IMG/VR virus record: IMGVR_UViG_2908567220_000006
Coordinates: 1 to 43,859 of that record
Length of the DNA: 43,859 bases
Source: a virus
Lineage: Duplodnaviria; Heunggongvirae; Uroviricota; Caudoviricetes
Strand: one strand, 5' to 3'
Both the position numbers and the translations under genes were made by a program. The notes beneath the pieces were generated by a model. The model made no database searches and was not told the DNA's origin. It saw only the letters and a program-made list of their open reading frames with translations. Numbering within the stretch: position 1 is the first letter of the stretch; every line of letters begins with the position of its first letter. Shown here in pieces: positions 34,208 through 43,643 of the stretch.

Positions 34208-34222
34208 TCACCTGAAAGGTAA
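34208..34222. promoter_or_regulatory. near-perfect palindrome copy (TCACC-N5-GGTAA) in divergent region before tailspike
   Basis: One mismatch; lies between the LexA box and the tailspike promoter region. Confidence 0.4.
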
Positions 34223-34326
34223 TATCTATTCGTATTTACAGCCTTTCTATCCATATATGGTTTTTCAGGTAATAGAATAACCAGATATGCGGCGCAACGG
34301 GTGCTGCGACTATCTGGAGATTTAAC

Positions 34327-37002
34327 ATGACGGTCTCAACCGAAGTTGACCACAACGAATACACTGGCAATGGTGTTACGACGACATTCCCTTACAAATT
34401 TAGGATCTTCAAAAAATCAGATCTGGTAGTACAGGTTGTTGACATTAACGAGAATATAAACGTACTGGTTCTTGATACAGATTACATCGTCACCGGAGCA
34501 GGAGGGTACAGCGGCGGTAATGTAATTCTCTCGAAGGCGTTGGCTAACGGTCATCAGATATCTATATCACGAGAACTACCAGCTACTCAGGAAACGGATT
34601 TACGTAATCAGGGTAAGTTCTTCGCTGAGGTACATGAGGATGCGTTCGACAAGTTGACCATGCTTATCCAGCAGTGCTTCAGCTTTCTACGCCTGTCCCT
34701 GCGCAAGCCCTCTTTCATCGCGAACTATTACGATGCGCTCAACAACCGCATTCGTAACCTGCGTGACCCGTCACAGGCGCAGGACGCAGCCACGAAGAAT
34801 TATGTTGATGGGCAGATCGTTGACAATACCAATGCCTGGAAAGCTGGTGATGACATTCTTGATCAGAAAATTGATAGCAATTTCCGAAGAACAATTCGGG
34901 TTCCTGAAAGTGATGTTGATATGGTTCCTACTATAGCTGCAAGAAAAAACTCGCTATTTGGGTGGAACAGCTCCAGTCAACCTGTCCCGATATTTTCTAT
35001 GACGGAAACTGCTGACCTGGCTATTAAGCTAGCAAGCACTGAGATGGGATTGGGTGGCAACCTTGTTGGTATTTACGATGGACGACCGCCAGTTGTTGTT
35101 ACCAATACAGTAACAGATAAAATCAAGGATGGTGCAGCCGGCCTGCGTAAGGATTTCGGAGCTGTAGGTGACGGATACCACGACGATACCGCCGCTTTTA
35201 ATGACTGGTGGGAATGCCTCATGGACCTTCTCTATAAGCGCCGGGGTGTTGAGAGCGACGAAACTGCAGTGCCGTTTATGCTTCAGAAAGGGCCCAGACT
35301 TCATATCGAAAACGGCACATTTATTTATAACGGTCCCGGACTAAATATCACTGATACTGACGCATTTGTTTTTATCGCCGATGGTGAGAGTTCGCTCGCT
35401 ACAAAAATTTTGCTTCCGGATGGTGTTTACTTATTCGATTTTGATAAAAACCCGGTTCATGCGCACCTTGCCAATCTGACCATTCATGGTGGGCTTGGTG
35501 CAGTGCGTTATAAATCTAAACAGCGTTCAACTAACAGCATTCATCTTTTTGAAAATCTACGACTGTCTCGATATAAAGAATGCGGTATTAGTAATAATGC
35601 TATCGATATGCCGTATTTTCGTGTCAGTGGCTCAATGTTTTACGGGGACCCGACAAAACAAACCGTTGGTGTTTGCGTTTCAGGATATGCCGCCGGTGGT
35701 TTTATTCGTGATTCCGTTTTCAGTGATAACCGATACGGCATTAAGTTGGCTGTAGGGAAAAACAGCGTCGAGAGCAACGGCCCTGCAACTCCATACCTTA
35801 TTCAGTGCAATGATTTTTACCGTACTGGTAATCGCGGAGGCTCTGCATCATACGACATCTGGATTGAGCCGGGGGTAACCAGCAATAATGCCGGTCGCGG
35901 TATAAAACTGAGTCAAAACAAGTTCGGACAGGAGAACTTAAAATCTCCGGATACGCATATTTTGATTGCTGATGCCGCTGTATCCGGTAGTGGCTTAGGG
36001 CTAAATGGCGACAGGGCTCACGTTGAAACGCAGTCGGCAGGTTTTGTTTCTGGGGTGAGGTTTGACGGCAATGATGTTAACTCAAACAGCGCCGGGTATA
36101 TTGCGCCGTTTATCCGGACATTTACACCTAACGTGGGGAATTTCAGGTTTTCTGATTTGTACGACAACGATATGCCATCACGCATCATTGAGTTTGCAGG
36201 TGGTATTACTCAGTCACAAATAGGGAACCTGGGGCGTACAAATGTGTTTGACGCGTCTATGTGCCTGGCATTGCAGAAAGGTGTTGAACCTAAGCTGCTA
36301 TCCAACATGAATGACGTCTTCCGCCTGATTGATCCTCTGAATTATTACGTGGGGCACCCGCAGTCAACACTGGTTCCTGTTGGGGGCCAGCAGGATGATT
36401 TTGAATTACTTTACTCCGGTCCTACGTCTACTATCGGACTTAGTAACGCCAGCCGGTCATCGCTCAATAATTCATATGGGGGAATATTTGAAGCAGCTGA
36501 AATCACAATGAATACAGACGAAGGTCGCGCAGTTGCGTCTATAAGTGGTGGGCTGGCGGGGCGTAAACACTGGATTGATTTTGATATTCGTCGAGGCTCT
36601 TCAAATCCCGTAGGCTCTGTTGTGATGGAGGTCATGGACCCTACAGGGGTAACCATTCTGTTTCGTAGAATAATCCTGGTTGATACCATTACTCGATGGC
36701 AAAAAGTCGTTCTCCCGTACATTCCTAATGTAAACGGAGATATTATCGTCCGGTTCCGCTCAAATGTTTATGTGGCTGGATCAGCTACGAATTTTGTTAT
36801 TGGCAACCTCAATGTTTACCGAAACGAAACGCCAGTGAATACGGGGCATAATAGCGGTCTGCGTATGCAGTGGGATCTGCAACACGCAGTGAAAGGCGCA
36901 CGACATGAATGGTATGATAATGCAGGTAATCTGAGAGCTAAAAATGGTGCGCCGACGTCTGCCACCGATGGCGTAATTATCAGTGCAAACCCGGTAGTGT
37001 GA
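34327..37002 (+). CDS. tailspike protein (N-terminal particle-binding domain plus beta-helix-like enzymatic domain)
   Basis: 891 aa; N-terminus MTVSTEVDHNEYTGNGVTTTFPYKFRIF typical of podovirus tailspike/fibre adaptor domains; long Gly/Asn/Ser-rich beta-rich body. Confidence 0.75.
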   Translation: MTVSTEVDHNEYTGNGVTTTFPYKFRIFKKSDLVVQVVDINENINVLVLDTDYIVTGAGGYSGGNVILSKALANGHQISISRELPATQETDLRNQGKFFAEVHEDAFDKLTMLIQQCFSFLRLSLRKPSFIANYYDALNNRIRNLRDPSQAQDAATKNYVDGQIVDNTNAWKAGDDILDQKIDSNFRRTIRVPESDVDMVPTIAARKNSLFGWNSSSQPVPIFSMTETADLAIKLASTEMGLGGNLVGIYDGRPPVVVTNTVTDKIKDGAAGLRKDFGAVGDGYHDDTAAFNDWWECLMDLLYKRRGVESDETAVPFMLQKGPRLHIENGTFIYNGPGLNITDTDAFVFIADGESSLATKILLPDGVYLFDFDKNPVHAHLANLTIHGGLGAVRYKSKQRSTNSIHLFENLRLSRYKECGISNNAIDMPYFRVSGSMFYGDPTKQTVGVCVSGYAAGGFIRDSVFSDNRYGIKLAVGKNSVESNGPATPYLIQCNDFYRTGNRGGSASYDIWIEPGVTSNNAGRGIKLSQNKFGQENLKSPDTHILIADAAVSGSGLGLNGDRAHVETQSAGFVSGVRFDGNDVNSNSAGYIAPFIRTFTPNVGNFRFSDLYDNDMPSRIIEFAGGITQSQIGNLGRTNVFDASMCLALQKGVEPKLLSNMNDVFRLIDPLNYYVGHPQSTLVPVGGQQDDFELLYSGPTSTIGLSNASRSSLNNSYGGIFEAAEITMNTDEGRAVASISGGLAGRKHWIDFDIRRGSSNPVGSVVMEVMDPTGVTILFRRIILVDTITRWQKVVLPYIPNVNGDIIVRFRSNVYVAGSATNFVIGNLNVYRNETPVNTGHNSGLRMQWDLQHAVKGARHEWYDNAGNLRAKNGAPTSATDGVIISANPVV

Positions 37003-37009
37003 GGAAATT

Positions 37010-37264
37010 ATGGCATTAAAAATGACATTCAATTTTAACGGCGTGACCGTGGTAGATGGCGTGCTTAATGTGATTATGCCATCAATCAGCACCGACAAGA
37101 CAACGCTTAATTTCGGACTGGCTTACCGGGTCAGCGAAAGCGATCCATTGCTTAACTCGGAAACGTACAGTTGCCCGTATGACCTGACGGGAGCGGACCC
37201 TTTCACACAAGCATACAGCTTCATAAAAAATCTTGGCTCTTTTTATGGGGCGAAAGATATATAA
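37010..37264 (+). CDS. hypothetical protein downstream of tailspike
   Basis: 84 aa, AT-rich, 8 bp after the tailspike stop. Confidence 0.4.
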   Translation: MALKMTFNFNGVTVVDGVLNVIMPSISTDKTTLNFGLAYRVSESDPLLNSETYSCPYDLTGADPFTQAYSFIKNLGSFYGAKDI

Positions 37265-37382
37265 AATATTTACTGTACTAGTAATTAGATTGATATATTT
37301 TAAGTTTACCAATTATCCATAAACGGTTTATTGTGTATGATGAACTTACCCAACTAAGGAGGTTCATCATGCATAGTAAACG

Positions 37383-37796
37383 GTGGTCATCATGTCCGCA
37401 TCGCTAACCGCTGATACAATAAATCAGGGGCTTAGCTACGGTGCGCTGGCGGCAGTTATCGCCGGCGTACCTCCTGAAGTGGCGCTGGGATCGCTGGCCG
37501 GGGCGGTAATTTTTGTTACCTCTGCAGTTGAGTATCCGGTCAAGCGCCGCGTTCTCCTGGCGCTACTTAGCTTTCTCTGCGGCCTTCTCTTCTACAAACC
37601 CACAGCATCAATCCTTATCGGCGTTGCCAGCATGATCCCCACCATCACACAGGACTCGTTCGAGCGGGGTATCGTCTACTCCGCCGGCGCGTTCGTTGCG
37701 GCAATTGTCGCAGTGCGGGTCGGGATATGGCTGTATCACCGCTCTGACAATCCGCGCGATTTAATCCCGGGAGGAAAAGACGATGACAGGCCATGA
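37383..37796 (+). CDS. putative holin (multi-TM membrane protein)
   Basis: 137 aa with several hydrophobic helices; first gene of the cassette ending in endolysin and spanins. Confidence 0.5.
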   Translation: MVIMSASLTADTINQGLSYGALAAVIAGVPPEVALGSLAGAVIFVTSAVEYPVKRRVLLALLSFLCGLLFYKPTASILIGVASMIPTITQDSFERGIVYSAGAFVAAIVAVRVGIWLYHRSDNPRDLIPGGKDDDRP

Positions 37797-38088
37797 TCTG
37801 CTGCTTATCGCTAATTCCATCATCTGCGGCGGGATAGCGCTGCGGGTGATGTTCTTCCAGCGCAACGGATCGCGCCATCGCCGCTGGGGCGGGTGGATAG
37901 CCTATTTCCTCATCGTGGCGGCAGCCAGCATCCCGCTGCGCACCGCGTACTCATACCTGTACCACTTCCCTATGACCGCAGATCTTTCTGAGGTCGTTAT
38001 CAATGCTGTGATGTTCGCCGCGGTGCTGAAGACACGCGGCAACGTCGTGCAAATATTCAAGATATCGAGGTCGCAACATGGACATTAA
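37783..38088 (+). CDS. putative holin/antiholin-like membrane protein
   Basis: 101 aa with 2-3 predicted TM helices; overlaps both neighbours. Confidence 0.45.
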   Translation: MTGHDLLLIANSIICGGIALRVMFFQRNGSRHRRWGGWIAYFLIVAAASIPLRTAYSYLYHFPMTADLSEVVINAVMFAAVLKTRGNVVQIFKISRSQHGH

Positions 38089-38707
38089 CGAGTTTCAGAA
38101 AGCTGCCGGCGTTAGCCTGGCGCTGGCCACACGCTGGCATCCGCACATTGTGGCGGCCATGAAAGAGTTTGGCATTATCAAGCCGTTGGATCAGGCGATG
38201 TTTATTGCCCAGGCCGGGCATGAAAGCACTGGATTTACCCAGCTAGTTGAGAGCTTCAACTACAGCGTCAGCGGACTGGCTAACTTCGTTCGGGCTGGGC
38301 GTCTCACTCAGGGACAGGCTAATGCACTGGGTCGCCGTGCTGGTGAACCGCCATTACCACTCGAGCGCCAGCGCGCGATCGCAAATCTGGTGTACAGCAA
38401 ACGCATGGGTAACAATGCTCCTGGCGATGGCTGGAGTTACCGAGGTCGCGGACTTATCCAGATTACCGGCTTGAATAACTATCGTGACTGCGGAAACGGT
38501 CTGAAAGTTGACCTGCTGGAGAATCCTGAACTGCTGGCACAGGACGAATACGCGGCTCGTAGCGCGGCCTGGTTCTTCTCCTGCAAAGGCTGCATGAAGT
38601 ATATCGGCGATATTGCACGTGTAACTCTGATTATCAATGGTGGCAGGAACGGCATTGATGACCGGCGCGCGCGATACATCATTGCCAGTAAGGTGCTGGC
38701 TGTATGA
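38078..38707 (+). CDS. endolysin, glycoside hydrolase family 19 (chitinase-like lysozyme)
   Basis: Motifs [12 protein letters not shown] and [13 protein letters not shown] typical of GH19 endolysins. Confidence 0.8.
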   Translation: MDINEFQKAAGVSLALATRWHPHIVAAMKEFGIIKPLDQAMFIAQAGHESTGFTQLVESFNYSVSGLANFVRAGRLTQGQANALGRRAGEPPLPLERQRAIANLVYSKRMGNNAPGDGWSYRGRGLIQITGLNNYRDCGNGLKVDLLENPELLAQDEYAARSAAWFFSCKGCMKYIGDIARVTLIINGGRNGIDDRRARYIIASKVLAV

Positions 38708-39186
38708 TCTGGGCATTCGTAAAAGCATACTGGAAACAGTTGCTTATCGTGGCGATGCTTGCTGTTCTTGCCACATCAGGAGTTGTTGCCTGGAATATAC
38801 ACGGCAGCCGCCAGTACGATGCCGGGTATGCGCAGGCGGTAGAAGACCGCAAAGACGAAGAAGACAAAGTTCGTCAGTACTACGAACAGGAGAAAGTGAC
38901 CAATGAACGTGAAGCGCAGCATAGGATCGATCAGGCGCGCAGTGATGCTCTTGATGCTGCCGCTCGCGCTGGCAGGTTGCAGCAACAGCTCGTTGCCATC
39001 CGTGAGCAGCTCAGGCAGTATAACGCCATTGTCGGCGCTGGGACGTCAGCCGCAGACACCGGAGTTTTGCTTGCCGACGTGCTCAGCAAATCTCTCGAGA
39101 GAAATAGACAACTGGCAGAGTATGCTGACCGGGCAGCCGAAGCCGGAAGAGTCTGCGAAAAACAGTATGACACCCTGACAAGATAG
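38704..39186 (+). CDS. i-spanin (Rz-like)
   Basis: N-terminal TM helix then a charged coiled-coil periplasmic domain; follows the endolysin. Confidence 0.6.
   Translation: MIWAFVKAYWKQLLIVAMLAVLATSGVVAWNIHGSRQYDAGYAQAVEDRKDEEDKVRQYYEQEKVTNEREAQHRIDQARSDALDAAARAGRLQQQLVAIREQLRQYNAIVGAGTSAADTGVLLADVLSKSLERNRQLAEYADRAAEAGRVCEKQYDTLTR
38903..39178 (+). CDS. o-spanin (Rz1-like lipoprotein) embedded in the Rz frame
   Basis: Alternate frame wholly inside the Rz gene; signal peptide with lipobox LALAGC; Pro/Ser-rich mature part. Confidence 0.55.
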   Translation: MNVKRSIGSIRRAVMLLMLPLALAGCSNSSLPSVSSSGSITPLSALGRQPQTPEFCLPTCSANLSREIDNWQSMLTGQPKPEESAKNSMTP

Positions 39187-39360
39187 CATGGCATTTTTCA
39201 TGGTACTGATTTCCGGTGACGGTATATAAAACGGTACTAAAAAAATGAAGTTTTGGAAAAATGTTATCACTCAATTGGTTATGGCTGCCGTAAATAATTG
39301 AGTGGGAATGATTTAACGTCTGGCAACAGCCTGCACGTAAAAGCAGTAAAGTACCTCTAA

Positions 39361-39390
39361 GCCCGCGTAACTGCGGGCTTTTTTGTTTTT
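39361..39390 (+). terminator. intrinsic terminator after lysis cassette
   Basis: GCCCGC-GTAACT-GCGGGC followed by TTTTTTGTTTTT. Confidence 0.65.
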
Positions 39391-39618
39391 GTGTCTGGCA
39401 CTTTCTGGCAGCTGTTAGCAACGGGAAGCACGGTTTTTTCAATGGAATTTTTGATGGTACTCTCTGATTTCGAATTCAGGTTTGAAAAAGTACCATGTGA
39501 TAAATTTCGGTTGAGTTATGGTATTTGTTTTTTTATAACTCAATTAAAAACAGATAGTTAAACAACTTTTCTGAATTTTTTACAACATGGTATTTTTGAT
39601 AAAGGAAAACAATAAACC

Positions 39619-40809
39619 ATGTTGACTGACACCAGGCTGCGTCACCTTAAGCCGAAGGAGAAACTCTATAAAGTTAATGACCGTGATGGTCTGTATGTTG
39701 CGGTCACTCCGGCTGGAACTATTTCATTTCGTTATAACTATTCAATAAACGGAAGACAGGAGACTGTTACTTTTGGCCGCTATGGTGTTGGAGGGATCAC
39801 GCTTGCAGAAGCGCGTGAACGGCTCAATGAAGCCAAAAAAATGGTTGCCAGTGGAATATCGCCTGCGAGGGAAAAAGCCAGAGATAAAGCGCGTATTAAA
39901 GATGCGGAGACTTTTGGTGCGTGGACTGAGAAATGGTTACGCGGTTATCAAATGGCTGAATCGACGCGTGATATGCGGCGTTCGGTATATCAAAGGGAGT
40001 TGAAGTCAAAATTTGCCCAGCAGAAACTTAGTGAGATTACACATGAAGACTTACGCGCATTAACCGATAACATTGTCGAGAGAGGGGCACCAGCGACAGC
40101 TGTACACGCTAGAGAGATTGTATTGCAAGTCTATCGCTGGGCTATTGAGCGCGGTCAGAAGGTGGAGAATCCTGCTGATCTGGTACGGCCTGCAAGCATA
40201 GCGAAATTTGAGCCTCGAGACAGGGCATTGACGCCAGTTGAAATTGGTCTGATGTATCGGTACATGGAACGGGTAGGAACGACGCCATCAATCAGAGCAG
40301 CGGTTAAACTTTTGCTGTTAACGATGGTACGTAAAAGTGAGCTTACTAACGCAACCTGGAACGAGATCAATTTTAGTGAGGCATTATGGACGATACCAAA
40401 GGAAAGGATGAAACGACGTAATCCACATTTGGTTTTTCTTTCCAGACAGGCAATGGATATTATGATTGCTCTCAAAACCTTTGCCGGTAGCTCTGATTTT
40501 ATCCTTCCTTCGCGGTACGATTCCGATGCGCCAATGAGTAGCGCTACTTTAAACCGGGTTTTGACACTGACGTATCGCCTGGCTCAGAAAGAAGGGGAGT
40601 TGTTGCCTAAGTTTGGTCCCCATGACTTACGGCGTACAGCCAGCACCTTGCTACATGAGGCCGGGTACAATACTGACTGGATTGAGAAGAGCCTTGCCCA
40701 TGAACAAAAAGGGGTACGAGCTGTTTATAACAAGGCAGAATATCGTGAGCAGAGGGCTGAGATGCTACAAGATTGGGCGAATATGATTGATGAATGGACT
40801 AGTAAGTAG
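39619..40809 (+). CDS. int: tyrosine integrase (P4-type)
   Basis: 396 aa; P4-like N-terminal arm-binding region (LYKVNDRDGLYVAVTPAGTISFRYNYSINGRQ) and C-terminal catalytic region (HDLRRTAST...Y). Confidence 0.85.
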   Translation: MLTDTRLRHLKPKEKLYKVNDRDGLYVAVTPAGTISFRYNYSINGRQETVTFGRYGVGGITLAEARERLNEAKKMVASGISPAREKARDKARIKDAETFGAWTEKWLRGYQMAESTRDMRRSVYQRELKSKFAQQKLSEITHEDLRALTDNIVERGAPATAVHAREIVLQVYRWAIERGQKVENPADLVRPASIAKFEPRDRALTPVEIGLMYRYMERVGTTPSIRAAVKLLLLTMVRKSELTNATWNEINFSEALWTIPKERMKRRNPHLVFLSRQAMDIMIALKTFAGSSDFILPSRYDSDAPMSSATLNRVLTLTYRLAQKEGELLPKFGPHDLRRTASTLLHEAGYNTDWIEKSLAHEQKGVRAVYNKAEYREQRAEMLQDWANMIDEWTSK

Positions 40810-40944
40810 TTAATAATCAGTAAGTTAAGTGGTTGTGCTTCTTTTTTCTACGGTAGGAGAGCAATTTTAGCCGCTAAAATTTACTGAATCTTTACTGGTT
40901 TTATCTGGATTGCATAAAAAGGAAAAATAAAAGTGGATTTGCCC

Positions 40945-41850
40945 CTATATTTCCAGACATCTGTTATCACTTAACCCATTACAAGCCCGCTGCCGCAGAT
41001 ATTCCCGTGGCGAGCGATAACCCAGCGCACTATGCGGATGCCATTCGTTATAATGCTCGAACGCCTCTGCAAGGTTCTTTGCTGCCGTTAACCCGTCTGG
41101 TTTGGGCATGATACTGATGTAGTCACGCTTTATCGTTTTCACGAAGCTCTCTGCTATTCCGTTACTCTCCGGACTCCGCACCGCCGTGTTCTTCGGTTCA
41201 AGTCCCAACATCCGGGCGAACTGGCGTGTTTCATTAGCCCGGTAGCATGAACCATTATCCGTCAGCCACTCCACTGGAGACGACGGAAGATCGTTGCCGA
41301 AGCGGCGTTCCACCGCTCCCAGCATGACGTCCTGTACTGTTTCACTGTTGAAGCCGCCGGTAGTGACCGCCCAGTGCAGTGCCTCACGATCACAGCAGTC
41401 CAGCGCGAACGTGACACGCAGTCTCTCTCCGTTATCACAGCAGAACTCGAACCCGTCAGAGCACCATCGCTGATTGCTTTCTTTCACGGCCACTCTGCCT
41501 GTATGTGCCCGTTTCGATGGCGGTACAGCAGGTTTTCGCTCAAGCAACAGCGCATTCTGGCGCATGATCCGGTAAACACGTTTGGCATTGATCGCAGGCA
41601 TACCATCAAGTTCTGCCTGTCTGCGAAGCAGCGCCCATACCCGACGATAACCATACGTGGGCAGCTCTCCGATAACATGGTGTATACGGAGAAGCACATC
41701 CGTATCATCAGTGTGACGACTGCGGCGGCCATCCATCCAGTCATCGGTTCGTCTGAGAATGACGTGCAACTGCGCACGCGACACCCGGAGACAACGGCTG
41801 ACTAAGCTTACTCCCCATCCCCGGGCAATAAGGGCGCGTGCGCTATCCAC
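40945..41850 (-). CDS. insD: IS2 transposase OrfB (InsD)
   Basis: 301 aa, recognised as IS2 OrfB from memory; expressed by frameshift from OrfA. Confidence 0.85.
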
Positions 41851-42218
41851 TTTTTTGCCCGTCCATATTCAACGGCTTCTTTGAGGAGTTCATTTTCCAT
41901 CGTTTTCTTGCCGAGCAGGCGCTGGAGTTCTTTAATCTGCTTCATGGCGGCAGCAAGTTCAGAGGCAGGAACAACCTGTTCTCCGGCGGCGACAGCAGTA
42001 AGACTTCCTTCCTGGTATTGCTTACGCCAGAGAAATAACTGGCTGGCTGCTACACCATGTTGCCGGGCAACGAGGGAGACCGTCATCCCCGGTTCAAAGC
42101 TCTGCTGAACAATTGCGATCTTTTCCTGTGTGGTACGCCGTCTGCGTTTCTCCGGCCCTAAGACATCAATCATCTGTTCTCCAATGACTAGTCTAAAAAC
42201 TAGTATTAAGACTATCAC
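41808..42218 (-). CDS. insC: IS2 transposase OrfA (InsC)
   Basis: HTH-containing OrfA; overlaps OrfB in a different frame. Confidence 0.85.
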
Positions 42219-42295
42219 TTAAATAAGTGATATTGGTTGTCTGGAGATTCAGGGGGCCAGTCTAAAAAGTGCCTGAGTTGTCTGTAATTATACAA

Positions 42296-42898
42296 TGGAT
42301 GAATCAATACCCTAAGACCGGCTGGCTATTGCTGTGTATCTATATTGCACTCGGTGTAGTTCGTCACAGAGTAATTAATGCTGAATCTGGAAGTGTATTT
42401 CGTGGACTACTCAATCTTAGGAAGCGCCGGCTAGAGCAAATGCTGACACAGCCATATTCGAATAAAAATGCGGTCCGTCTGGCAAAGCGTGAGCTTCGTC
42501 AGCGCAGCCTTTATCGGCTCACAGGCTTGTATAATTATCGGCTGCAGGATTTGGCTGTAATAATGTGTGATCGTTATGGGTTGCGGGCTGGTTATCTCAA
42601 GCCGTGGCGTAACTGGCTCGAAGAACGGGATGGACGGATTGTGTTCAACAGGAAATGGCATTGTTTTCGCTGGCGTCTTTTTCTGGTAGGTCAGATTGTA
42701 AACACAGTTCTACTAATATTATTCATTATGTATATAGTTTCTCATTCTTCGGCCGAAATGATCGCACCGCTTATGTTACTCTTCATGCTTGTATGGTGGT
42801 TTCCTTGGCTAATGATCACCTCGGTACCTACCCCTAGGTGGACTCGCGAAATGGAAGTCTATCTTGAGAAATTTAACGCTGAACAGACCATGGTTTAA
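42296..42898 (+). CDS. hypothetical membrane protein (N-terminal TM, basic soluble domain, two C-terminal TM helices)
   Basis: Start at ATG 42296 (MDESIP) rather than the ORF-track start at 42269, which lies in the IS2 target duplication; IS2 sits 27 bp upstream. Confidence 0.5.
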   Translation, partial: WMNQYPKTGWLLLCIYIALGVVRHRVINAESGSVFRGLLNLRKRRLEQMLTQPYSNKNAVRLAKRELRQRSLYRLTGLYNYRLQDLAVIMCDRYGLRAGYLKPWRNWLEERDGRIVFNRKWHCFRWRLFLVGQIVNTVLLILFIMYIVSHSSAEMIAPLMLLFMLVWWFPWLMITSVPTPRWTREMEVYLEKFNAEQTMV

Positions 42899-42945
42899 AC
42901 TGTTCTTTGTTACCATGCATTCAGAGTGAAGGTAATGACTCCAAC

Positions 42946-43449
42946 TTATTGATAGTGTTTTATGTTCAGATAATGCCCGATGACTTTGTCATGCAGCTCC
43001 ACCGATTTTGAAAACGACAGCGACTTCCGTCCCAGCCGTGCCAGGTGCTGCCTCAGATTCAGGTTATGCCGCTCAATTCGCTGCGTATATCGCTTGCTGA
43101 TTACGTGCAGCTTTCCCTTCAGGCGGGATTCATACAGCGGCCAGCCATCCGTCATCCATATCACCACGTCAAAGGGTGACAGCAGGCTCATAAGACGCCC
43201 CAGCGTCGCCATAGTGCGTTCACCGAATACGTGCGCAACAACCGTCTTCCGGAGACTGTCATACGCGTAAAACAGCCAGCGCTGGCGCGATTTAGCCCCG
43301 ACATAGCCCCACTGTTCGTCCATTTCCGCGCAGACGATGACGTCACTGCCCGGCTGTATGCGCGAGGTTACCGACTGCGGCCTGAGTTTTTTAAGTGACG
43401 TAAAATCGTGTTGAGGCCAACGCCCATAATGCGGGCTGTTGCCCGGCAT
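42946..43449 (-). CDS. insB: IS1 transposase InsB
   Basis: 167 aa, recognised as IS1 InsB. Confidence 0.85.
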
Positions 43450-43643
43450 CCAACGCCATTCATGGCCATATCAATGATTTTCTGGTGCGTACCGGGTTGA
43501 GAAGCGGTGTAAGTGAACTGCAGTTGCCATGTTTTACGGCAGTGAGAGCAGAGATAGCGCTGATGTCCGGCGGTGCTTTTGCCGTTACGCACCACCCCGT
43601 CAGTAGCTGAACAGGAGGGACAGCTGATAGAAACAGAAGCCAC
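43368..43643 (-). CDS. insA: IS1 InsA
   Basis: 91 aa, [43 protein letters not shown] recognised as IS1 InsA. Confidence 0.85.

Larger units (their letters stand above)
40934..42264 (-). mobile_element. IS2 (IS3 family), complete 1331-bp copy with 5-bp target duplication AAAAG
   Basis: Ends recognised as TGGATTTGCCCCTAT (40934) and TAGACTGGCCCCCTGAATCTCC (reverse complement, ending 42264); identical AAAAG at 40929-40933 and 42265-42269. Confidence 0.9.

Noticed and set aside
42910-42935. Additional operator copy (TTACC...GGTAA) near 42910
   Set aside because: The half-sites are separated by about 14 bp rather than 5, and the GGTAA belongs to the IS1 terminal inverted repeat.
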